Of a DNA stretch of 9,744 nucleotides, positions 1-6,027 are shown piece by piece. Position 1 is the stretch's first letter. Each line of letters starts with the position of its first letter. Origin of the DNA: a virus (lineage: Duplodnaviria; Heunggongvirae; Uroviricota; Caudoviricetes); the IMG/VR virus record IMGVR_UViG_3300026224_000017; one strand, written 5' to 3'. Under the pieces are notes generated by a model, which was not told the origin of the DNA, searched no databases, and saw nothing but the letters and a program-made list of their open reading frames with translations. The position numbers and the translations under genes are program-made.

Positions 1-887
1 TCACCCGTCCGCAGATTAATAGTGAACGGTCGAAGTGGACCAATATCGCCATTCTCGCCCTGATTTTCCCGGGTGGGAATAAGATGCAGGCACTCTTCCG
101 AACGACGAAAAATAAGGCCAAAAGTGTCGTTGAAAATCCTCAGCGCATTAACACCACGGATTTTCAGTTCCCCGGTCATCAAATCACCAGATTTTTTTAC
201 ATATCGCAGATCAAAATCTGAATAGATATTGCCGGGGTTTATCACGCTGAAATAGCTTTTCTCGCTATCAAGAAGGCAAATCAAAGGAATACCCTTAATG
301 ATATCGTTCGCTACCAGCTCGGACTTGTTCCCCTTATAAAGCGGGAACGTACCAAGAACCTTTCCGCCCAGTGTTAATTGAAGTGTCGCGGCATTGGTAT
401 TGTTCTGAACGGGGAAAACGATAATCGGGGTTCGTAGCGTCCAGTCTGTACCTCCATTAACAAAAAACGTCGCGGGAAGCTCCAGAGTCAGCGCGTTTGC
501 AGTGCCGCCAGCAACTCCCGCAATATAATGACCACTCTGAAGCTGCGCTATCTGTACGAAATGGTTTTCCGAACCACGCGTGGCAAAGTTAGCCACAACG
601 TCATTAAGGGACCAACCTTTCGCGGTTGTTCCTTCCTGCCCACGAATGACTTTCAACACATCACCGCTTACCGATACCAGGTGACAAATCTCAAATGCAG
701 ACTCTTTATTATCGGTAAGCGTAATTTTTGCATAGACACGTTGCCCGTTCGATTTATTTTCAAAATCGGCAGAAAGCAATTTTGCAAATTTAGCCCCTGT
801 ACCGGGCATTACCGGAATATCAGTCTGAATCGTGGTGATATCACCAGCCAGTGCTGAAACAACGTTATTGCCAAATCCAAGAATCAT
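1..887 (-). CDS. Tail fiber protein, N-terminal ~295 codons (partial; gene runs off the left edge of the window)
   Basis: ATG at 887-885 overlaps the TGA of the upstream gene (ATGA). I checked the frame codon by codon and it stays open down to position 3. Translation begins MILGFGNNVVSALAGD and contains KSGDLMTGEL (around 120-150), a G-D-x-M-T-G-x-L motif common in phage tail fibers. It sits directly after the J-like and I-like genes. Confidence 0.55.
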   Translation of the reverse strand, partial: MILGFGNNVVSALAGDITTIQTDIPVMPGTGAKFAKLLSADFENKSNGQRVYAKITLTDNKESAFEICHLVSVSGDVLKVIRGQEGTTAKGWSLNDVVANFATRGSENHFVQIAQLQSGHYIAGVAGGTANALTLELPATFFVNGGTDWTLRTPIIVFPVQNNTNAATLQLTLGGKVLGTFPLYKGNKSELVANDIIKGIPLICLLDSEKSYFSVINPGNIYSDFDLRYVKKSGDLMTGELKIRGVNALRIFNDTFGLIFRRSEECLHLIPTRENQGENGDIGPLRPFTINLRTG

Positions 888-1510
888 TTTTGAATCACCG
901 TTGTTGCATAGGAATAAATAAAAGGGAGTTTTACATATTTCTGGTCAATGGCATCTTTCAGAAAATAGCCTATACCATCGCCATACTCTGGTATCTGAAT
1001 AGAAAAAACGCTGTCCGATACTGTCACACTCACATCAAAAGTGTGCTGCAACGGCGGGTCTATTCCGTTTTTTCCATGAATGAACCGCGCCACACGTCGC
1101 TTTAACCAGTCAATGCAGAAATGCGAACCGTCAGCCTTATAAAAATTCCACGTTAATATTCGTTTGAAATAATCATCAGGTACATACGATGCCTGCCCCG
1201 GAACATAATTCCGCATTGCCGCATAAGGGATTGTATTGTATTCAATGGTATCGTATGCGCCGCGTGCAATAGCCTCCTCGGAAACCTGTAGTAAAGGCCT
1301 TTCAACGCCATAAATCCCGAGTGCAATCCAGTCCAGCAATTGCCCGGTTATTGATTCCGATGTCCAGCATGGCAATGCCAGATTGTTGAGTGAATCGAGG
1401 TATTCCTGAGCAATTTCATTGTATGCATCAAAGAACGCAACAACATTCGGATCATCTCTGTACTGCACAAATGGATAAGCAGGGAGAATTTTCTCAGTCA
1501 GATATTGCAT
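884..1510 (-). CDS. Baseplate wedge/tail protein, P2 gpI / Mu gp48-like (DUF2313-type), ~208 aa
   Basis: The six-frame ORF is 884-1618, but its first ATG would overlap the upstream gene by 125 nt. The internal ATG at 1510 (MQYLTEKILPAYPF...) has an AGGT about 8 nt upstream and overlaps the J-like stop by only 17 nt. Size, N-terminal pattern and position after J fit the I/gp48 family. Its stop overlaps the fiber start. Confidence 0.55.
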   Translation of the reverse strand: MQYLTEKILPAYPFVQYRDDPNVVAFFDAYNEIAQEYLDSLNNLALPCWTSESITGQLLDWIALGIYGVERPLLQVSEEAIARGAYDTIEYNTIPYAAMRNYVPGQASYVPDDYFKRILTWNFYKADGSHFCIDWLKRRVARFIHGKNGIDPPLQHTFDVSVTVSDSVFSIQIPEYGDGIGYFLKDAIDQKYVKLPFIYSYATTVIQK

Positions 1511-2720
1511 ACTTGTTGACCTGAACCTGTGATGCCACCGTTGAAAAATAGGAATAGGTATCGCCATAAACCAGGCTTGTGTCTTTCGCCGGAAGAACAA
1601 TATGGCCGTTAATACCAATGCTCACACTGATTGTTGAGATCAACGTCGCATCAACCAGCAACCTGACGGAACTGGTAAAAATATCCTGGATACGCAGAAG
1701 ATTTATCGGGTGTCCGACTTCAATTGAATTGATGTAATCAGCAACGTTTTGCTGCACAGCCATAGCAATACCCGCCGGATCAACATAATCATCAGACACC
1801 GTGTTCCAGGTGATTAGCACCATGACGTTTTGTGATGACGGGATAACGAACGGCACCTGATAAACGTCCGGTGAAACGGTTATTGAAACCGTGCGTTTTT
1901 CCACTGCCGCACCGGATGGATTGCTAACATCGTTGGTCAGTTTCGAAATATCCGGTACAGATTTGTAAATCGCATAAGCCACATCATACGGATCACCGCC
2001 ACCAACAACCGCAACCCATTTCCCCAGCGACGACTGCCGGAAAGAAATCAGGTTTTCTCGCACACCGCTTACTGATTTGAGCATCGCTTTAAAGCAATCC
2101 GGTGTTCCCTGCACACCAAACATGCCGGACTCCATAACTTCGGCGCGATATGATGCCCATGTCTGCGCCTCCTGACCGGGCATACCTGCGGTAAGGTTCG
2201 TGCATTTTACAGGCTGGTCTTTGGGTACTGATGTAATGACCTGCGTTACAGTCCCTTCCGGTACAGCCCATGAGCCTGACGTTGTGGCCACACAGTAGAC
2301 TGGCTCAGTCTGCCCGCTTTCCGGTACCACCGTATCGCGGGAAACCGCATACTGGTAGTTACCATCTCCAACCACAAATCCTTTAGGGATACCAAACCCC
2401 GGCAACGCCTCAAACACCACGTATACCGCCGTATTTGTACTTAATCCCTTCTGTGCTCCATAAATGTTTCCGAGTTGCATCAGTAACGGAATATTTGCGC
2501 CGTATGGGCTTACGGAGTTAATAAGGTCCACCCGCGCCTGGTCTATTAATGCCAGCGCCCCGACTGCCGTGCTGGCAAGGTCTGTAATAAGTCCCGCAGG
2601 AAGGTTGGCTGTATATCCAGGTACTTTTTCAGCAACTCTGGTGATAAGATTTGCGAGCAAATCATTGGGTGGCGTAGGCTGCGCACCCGCACTGGTCATA
2701 GTAATTGGTATTTCTGACAT
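1494..2720 (-). CDS. Baseplate J-like protein (P2 gpJ / Mu gp47 / T4 gp6 family), 408 aa
   Basis: 408-aa ORF. The N-terminal third (NDLLANLITRVAEKVPGY ... ANIPLLMQLGNIYGAQKG ... PGFGIPKGFVVGDG) follows the conserved pattern of baseplate J family proteins. It is followed by an I-like gene and a fiber gene. No Shine-Dalgarno is visible upstream of the ATG at 2720. Confidence 0.65.
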   Translation of the reverse strand: MSEIPITMTSAGAQPTPPNDLLANLITRVAEKVPGYTANLPAGLITDLASTAVGALALIDQARVDLINSVSPYGANIPLLMQLGNIYGAQKGLSTNTAVYVVFEALPGFGIPKGFVVGDGNYQYAVSRDTVVPESGQTEPVYCVATTSGSWAVPEGTVTQVITSVPKDQPVKCTNLTAGMPGQEAQTWASYRAEVMESGMFGVQGTPDCFKAMLKSVSGVRENLISFRQSSLGKWVAVVGGGDPYDVAYAIYKSVPDISKLTNDVSNPSGAAVEKRTVSITVSPDVYQVPFVIPSSQNVMVLITWNTVSDDYVDPAGIAMAVQQNVADYINSIEVGHPINLLRIQDIFTSSVRLLVDATLISTISVSIGINGHIVLPAKDTSLVYGDTYSYFSTVASQVQVNKYAISD

Positions 2721-2757
2721 ATTTATTTATCACTTGAATACATTATAAGGAGATATA

Positions 2758-3234
2758 ATGCGGTTCTATTTCAACAAAAAAGGTCTTTCTGGTATTTCTG
2801 TATCAAGCGGAAGGAGTAGTGGTGGCTGTGGAACATTAATTGGAGTTGTCTTTATACTTTATTTAATTGGCCATTTTTCATCACCTTCCGATGAAGATAT
2901 TAAAAATGAATCATCATCTTATAAGACAGCAGTCGTTAAAAGCGACAAAATAATTTCCGAAATCTGCGATCAGTTTAGCACTGATGATTCCGCAAAAATA
3001 TTTTTTAATTCAAATCTAAACAAACATTGGTATAAAACAAAAGTTAAAGTAAATTCACTATCAGATCAAAGATTATCTGCGATTGATTTCAAAAATCCAG
3101 AATTAAAGTATGAAATAAGAATGTCTGATTCAAGACCATTAAGAGTAGGGGATATTATTTCCGTTGAATTTGTACCTACTGAATTCAGTAAGTATTCATG
3201 CGAAATCAGTGGCACAATAGGTAAGTACAAGTAA
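2758..3234 (+). CDS. Hypothetical membrane-anchored protein (single N-terminal transmembrane helix, ~120-aa C-terminal domain), 158 aa
   Basis: Strong RBS AAGGAG 5 nt before the ATG. A basic N-terminus is followed by a hydrophobic helix (TLIGVVFILYLIGHF) and then a K/S/D-rich domain. The gene is very AT-rich (sampled stretches about 20-35 percent GC) and ends 4 nt before an intrinsic terminator. No recognisable family by eye. Confidence 0.6.
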   Translation: MRFYFNKKGLSGISVSSGRSSGGCGTLIGVVFILYLIGHFSSPSDEDIKNESSSYKTAVVKSDKIISEICDQFSTDDSAKIFFNSNLNKHWYKTKVKVNSLSDQRLSAIDFKNPELKYEIRMSDSRPLRVGDIISVEFVPTEFSKYSCEISGTIGKYK

Positions 3235-3238
3235 CCTC

Positions 3239-3272
3239 AAAAAAAACAGCCCGCTGAACGCGGGCTGTTTTT
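3239..3272. terminator. Bidirectional rho-independent terminator shared by convergent genes 2758-3234 and 3271-3660
   Basis: A-run 3239-3246, 8-bp GC-rich stem cagcccgc (3247-3254) / gcgggctg (3260-3267), 5-nt loop, T-run 3268-3272. The A-run/T-run flanks make it functional in both orientations. Confidence 0.75.
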
Positions 3273-3660
3273 AATATACGCCACGAATAAGATCTTGGGT
3301 AAAAACATCACATCCTTCGCTACCTAATTGCAGTCTTTTCTTAAAGTACTCAATAATACCGTCATTATGAACGCCATTTTTGGAAATTTTTAACCACGTA
3401 TTGCTCCATTCTATACTTTGGAGTTTTGTTAAAGCCGCTTTTTCATTTCCTTCACTAACCAAGCGACACGATTCTGATAGTTGATCAGTTACAATCATTT
3501 CATTTCTCATATGCTGAAGCAATTGTCGCTGTTCTTCGCTTAAAGTAACATCTTGATTAGTAATGAGTCTTTCTGATTTTTCAATTGGCGTACCAATCGC
3601 ACACCAAGAGACGAATAAAATTGTAAATAAAGGGAGTGTAATTTTTATACTGACCGACAT
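3271..3660 (-). CDS. Hypothetical secreted/periplasmic protein with N-terminal signal sequence and two cysteines in the mature part, 129 aa
   Basis: ATG at 3660 is preceded by GAGG with a 5-nt spacer; the GTG at 3666 suggested by the ORF track sits inside that Shine-Dalgarno. The N-terminus MSVSIKITLPLFTILFVSWCAIG has n, h and c regions of a Sec signal peptide. AT-rich (about 33 percent GC in a sample). The stop overlaps the terminator T-run. Confidence 0.6.
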   Translation of the reverse strand: MSVSIKITLPLFTILFVSWCAIGTPIEKSERLITNQDVTLSEEQRQLLQHMRNEMIVTDQLSESCRLVSEGNEKAALTKLQSIEWSNTWLKISKNGVHNDGIIEYFKKRLQLGSEGCDVFTQDLIRGVY

Positions 3661-3689
3661 AATCACCTCATTATCAAATGTTCATGCGG

Positions 3690-3717
3690 ATTTTATCAAC
3701 GGTTTCCCTCTATTCAA
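3690..3717 (-). promoter_or_regulatory. Candidate sigma70 promoter for gene 3271-3660
   Basis: On the minus strand: -35 TTGAAT (3717-3712), 16-bp spacer, -10 TAAAAT (3695-3690). Predicted start near 3683, about 23 nt upstream of the ATG. Found by eye only. Confidence 0.35.
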
Positions 3718-3724
3718 ATCAGAC

Positions 3725-3752
3725 TTTACATCCATGAGCTATTGAGTATGAT
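3725..3752 (+). promoter_or_regulatory. Candidate sigma70 promoter for the antirepressor-like gene, back to back with the minus-strand promoter
   Basis: -35 TTTACA (3725-3730), 16-bp spacer, -10 TATGAT (3747-3752). The two -35 elements are 8 bp apart, a typical divergent promoter layout. Found by eye only. Confidence 0.35.
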
Positions 3753-3979
3753 TATGCGCATGAGGCGTCGAAACCTCTTTCACGCGGCCTAGACCAACCC
3801 CGTCAGTGTTGGATTTTTTATGCCTACAATTCAGTGATGGCACAATGTGCGGTCACATCCCCGATCAATGTCGGGAGGGCGACGAATACAACACCCGAAA
3901 GGGAAATAAGTCCGCGGTTTCGTGAAGCCGTTTCGAACCTCCTGGCACCACAATTTCGAAAAAATTTCACGAGGTTTCT

Positions 3980-4537
3980 ATGACCAGCCAATTAATTCCC
4001 GTATTCAACGGCATTGTTTCAAACGAAACTACCCTTCTCTGCAACGCTCGCGATCTGCACACCTTTCTCGAAGTAGGTAAACGCTTTGCTACTTGGATCA
4101 CCGAGCGAATCGGCGAGTATGAATTCATAGAAAATCAGGACTACATAGCTATTTCCCAAAAACGGGAAATAGGTCACGGACGAGGGAAAAAGGACTACCA
4201 CCTCACCCTGGACACCGCCAAAGAACTGGCAATGGTCGAGCGCAACGAAAAAGGCCGCCAGATCCGCCGATACTTCATCGAGTGCGAGAAGAAGCTGCGC
4301 GAGGATACCACCAGCACACAATCCCCTCTGAATGTTGACATCATCATGCGCGTCAGAAACGGCTCGGTTACCCACATTGAGCACCACAAATCAGGCTCAG
4401 TTATAACCACAGAATGGGCAATTCACTTACTACGCAAAAGTGGATGGATTGTCATGCCACGCGATGAACTTCTTAACACGCCACTGGCCCAACTGATGCC
4501 CGAAAATTTGACTCAAACCGGAACCTGCGTCCGGTAA
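3980..4537 (+). CDS. Phage antirepressor-like protein (AntA/AntB-type N-terminal domain), 185 aa
   Basis: GAGG 5 nt before the ATG. The N-terminus (LIPVFNG ... ARDLHTFLEVGKRFATWITERIGEYEFIENQDY) and central segment (LTLDTAKELAMVERNEKGRQIRRYFIECEKKL) match the pattern I associate with AntA/AntB antirepressor proteins. The C-terminal ~70 aa are not recognisable. Confidence 0.6.
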   Translation: MTSQLIPVFNGIVSNETTLLCNARDLHTFLEVGKRFATWITERIGEYEFIENQDYIAISQKREIGHGRGKKDYHLTLDTAKELAMVERNEKGRQIRRYFIECEKKLREDTTSTQSPLNVDIIMRVRNGSVTHIEHHKSGSVITTEWAIHLLRKSGWIVMPRDELLNTPLAQLMPENLTQTGTCVR

Positions 4538-4860
4538 CTGGTCCCATTAAAAAACACAACATCGATGTTATAGGTGGGGTTCTCTGCCCCATCTACCTTT
4601 GAAATTGCCAGCGATGCAAAATACCCGGCAAACTGTTGCTGAACCATGTTCACATAGTAGTCCGGGTAAATTTGCTGCACGATGCACTGCTGCGCTGGAA
4701 TGCCGTAATTCGCGTAAAACGGCGACTCCCCCAACCCCAGCTTTAACGTCTGAATGAGCGTCGTCAGCCAGCCGTAGGAGAAATCACCGCTGGCGTCAGA
4801 TTCTACAGCAACCCATTTTTTGTTGCCGTTCGCGTCGGTGACGCGGCCCCATGTTCTCAT
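4513..4860 (-). CDS. Baseplate wedge protein, gp25 / P2 gpW-like, 115 aa
   Basis: Contains GESPFYANYG, which fits the G-x-x-P-F-x-x-x-[FY]-G core of gp25/W proteins (compare T4 gp25 GSRPFDPEFG). Size matches P2 gpW (115 aa). It lies between the spike and J genes. Its ATG is 3 nt after the stop of the preceding small ORF. Confidence 0.5.
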   Translation of the reverse strand: MRTWGRVTDANGNKKWVAVESDASGDFSYGWLTTLIQTLKLGLGESPFYANYGIPAQQCIVQQIYPDYYVNMVQQQFAGYFASLAISKVDGAENPTYNIDVVFFNGTSYRTQVPV

Positions 4861-4863
4861 GCG

Positions 4864-5028
4864 TCAACCTTTCAAGTAAATTAGGGTACCGGTAGCCAGA
4901 GCGGTACAAATGATCCACGCTACTGGAGTCAGAATATGCCGAATACCCTGACATACTGCGATTATTCTCGCAGCCTTATCAGCTCCTTGTGGGGTTGTCT
5001 CAGCCTTAAGAATCAGTTCGCTATCCAT
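4864..5028 (-). CDS. Hypothetical small protein with C-terminal transmembrane helix, 54 aa
   Basis: Translation verified by hand: MDSELILKAETTPQGADKAARIIAVCQGIRHILTPVAWIICTALATGTLIYLKG. Its ATG overlaps the stop of the upstream small ORF (ATGGATAG), and its TGA is 3 nt before the W-like ATG. Not in the ORF track, presumably because it is under the length cutoff. Confidence 0.35.
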   Translation of the reverse strand: MDSELILKAETTPQGADKAARIIAVCQGIRHILTPVAWIICTALATGTLIYLKG

Positions 5029-5188
5029 TTAGAACCTTTATGATCTCTGCGATTCCCGGAAGCGATTTAGCAACTGCAAACCCTCCGATAACTATAAGAA
5101 CTGCATAAAACATTCTTCTCAGAACCGGACTTCTTTCGAGCAATTTTAGAGCTTCCACAATCCAGTCTCCTCCGCTAAAATTAATCAC
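5021..5188 (-). CDS. Hypothetical small membrane peptide (single hydrophobic helix), 55 aa from GTG or 30 aa from the internal ATG
   Basis: GTG at 5188 is preceded by GGAGG (5199-5195) with a 6-nt spacer. Translation: VINFSGGDWIVEALKLLERSPVLRRMFYAVLIVIGGFAVAKSLPGIAEIIKVLNG. It lies downstream of the hairpin at 5244-5275 and is coupled to the next ORF. Confidence 0.35.
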   Translation of the reverse strand: MINFSGGDWIVEALKLLERSPVLRRMFYAVLIVIGGFAVAKSLPGIAEIIKVLNG

Positions 5189-5243
5189 GGAAGACCTCCA
5201 AACATACGTAATTATCCCTTGCCTTATTCAAGGTCAGAAACAG

Positions 5244-5275
5244 AAAGCCCCGACTGTTTGCCCAGTCGGGGCTTT
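5244..5275. terminator. Strong GC-rich stem-loop (terminator- or attenuator-like) just downstream of the spike gene
   Basis: 13-bp perfect inverted repeat aaagccccgactg (5244-5256) / cagtcggggcttt (5263-5275) with a 6-nt loop. Flanking sequence is moderately T-rich on both strands. It sits about 38 nt after the stop of the 5314-6027 gene. Confidence 0.5.
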
Positions 5276-5313
5276 CGCTTTATGGATAGAATTTAAAGTG
5301 AAATGAACCGGTA

Positions 5314-6027
5314 TTAACCCGGATTTGGTTTCTTTGACGTGATCGTGCTGTTGCCGCTTTGAACCCCAGTCACATCGTGGCTGTGACCGCTGGCGCTGAC
5401 ACCTTTTATCATCGCGTCGTTTTGCACAGTAAGCGGGCCAATCAGCGAAGCGGTTGTATCCTTCATCTGGGCTTTGTCCTGGACGATCGGTCCGTTGAGG
5501 TGAATTTTCCCGTTCAGGAAAATATCTTCGGCCTCGAGGTAAACAGCTTTCGACTTTTGCCTGATTTCTTCCGGTGCCACCGTTACCGAGCTACTGCCGT
5601 CCTCTGTTTTGAGGATCGCGCCATCCGGACCGTACAAAACGATCTTTTGCGGATCTTCGTCGGACCAGTCCTTGTTTGCCAGTGGCACGAAAAACAGTGG
5701 AGTGAGCGACATCGAGTAAGAGAGCGTCGCCATACCGGTTCCCAATCCGGACACACCGCGCAGGGATACATCAGCGGCAATTGTTACTCCTCGATCGCCC
5801 GGCTGTATCGGGTAACGAATATACGGGAATGTGGCGACAGGGATTGTTATCTGCGGAAAGTTGATCCCCTCCGGCAGCATATCAAACTGAACTGTCACTA
5901 TCTGCCCGCTGACACCGACAACATGGCAGGGCAATTCACGACCTTTAAGCTCGGCTTGCTGGTTACCAGAACTGGTCATCATCTCCGACAGCGTTCGGAG
6001 AAACGGTAATTTTTGAGCGTTTGACAT
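5314..6027 (-). CDS. Baseplate spike protein, P2 gpV / Mu gp45-like, 237 aa
   Basis: Size and position match. The C-terminal region has a His-containing apex-like motif (GHSHDVTGVQSG) and a Gly/Ser/Thr-rich beta-type sequence, as in gpV-type spikes. Its start overlaps the stop of the upstream hub-position gene. Confidence 0.6.
   Translation of the reverse strand: MSNAQKLPFLRTLSEMMTSSGNQQAELKGRELPCHVVGVSGQIVTVQFDMLPEGINFPQITIPVATFPYIRYPIQPGDRGVTIAADVSLRGVSGLGTGMATLSYSMSLTPLFFVPLANKDWSDEDPQKIVLYGPDGAILKTEDGSSSVTVAPEEIRQKSKAVYLEAEDIFLNGKIHLNGPIVQDKAQMKDTTASLIGPLTVQNDAMIKGVSASGHSHDVTGVQSGNSTITSKKPNPG

Noticed and set aside
528-1105. Two plus-strand ORFs (109 and 84 aa)
   Set aside because: Antisense to the tail fiber and I-like genes, whose minus-strand frame I verified as open and which carry recognisable motifs.
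1511-1618. Upstream extension of the I-like ORF to its first ATG at 1618
   Set aside because: It would overlap the J-like gene by 125 nt. The internal ATG at 1510 has a better RBS and gives a typical family length.
2089-2748. 60-aa minus-strand and 94-aa plus-strand ORFs
   Set aside because: Embedded in or antisense to the J-like gene; no independent signals.
3598-3660. Lipoprotein (Cor/Llp-like) assignment for the secreted protein
   Set aside because: The only cysteine near the signal peptide is preceded by Trp at -1 (VSWC), which does not fit the lipobox. Signal peptidase I cleavage after AIG is more plausible.
3563-3745. 60-aa plus-strand ORF across the divergent promoter region
   Set aside because: It overlaps the start of the minus-strand secreted-protein gene and both candidate promoters, and has no RBS.
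4019-4410. 122-aa and 71-aa minus-strand ORFs
   Set aside because: Both lie inside and antisense to the antirepressor-like gene, which has a recognisable domain pattern and a good RBS. Treated as frame artefacts.
4517-4535. 6-bp stem hairpin (accgga/tccggt) as a terminator between the convergent genes
   Set aside because: It lies inside the last codons of both overlapping genes and lacks a flanking T-run in either orientation.
5359-6009. 216-aa plus-strand ORF (with a nested 65-aa minus-strand ORF at 5583-5780)
   Set aside because: Lies entirely antisense inside the spike gene, which has recognisable spike features and operon coupling. The product is Arg/His/Cys-rich and not protein-like, and there is no RBS context.
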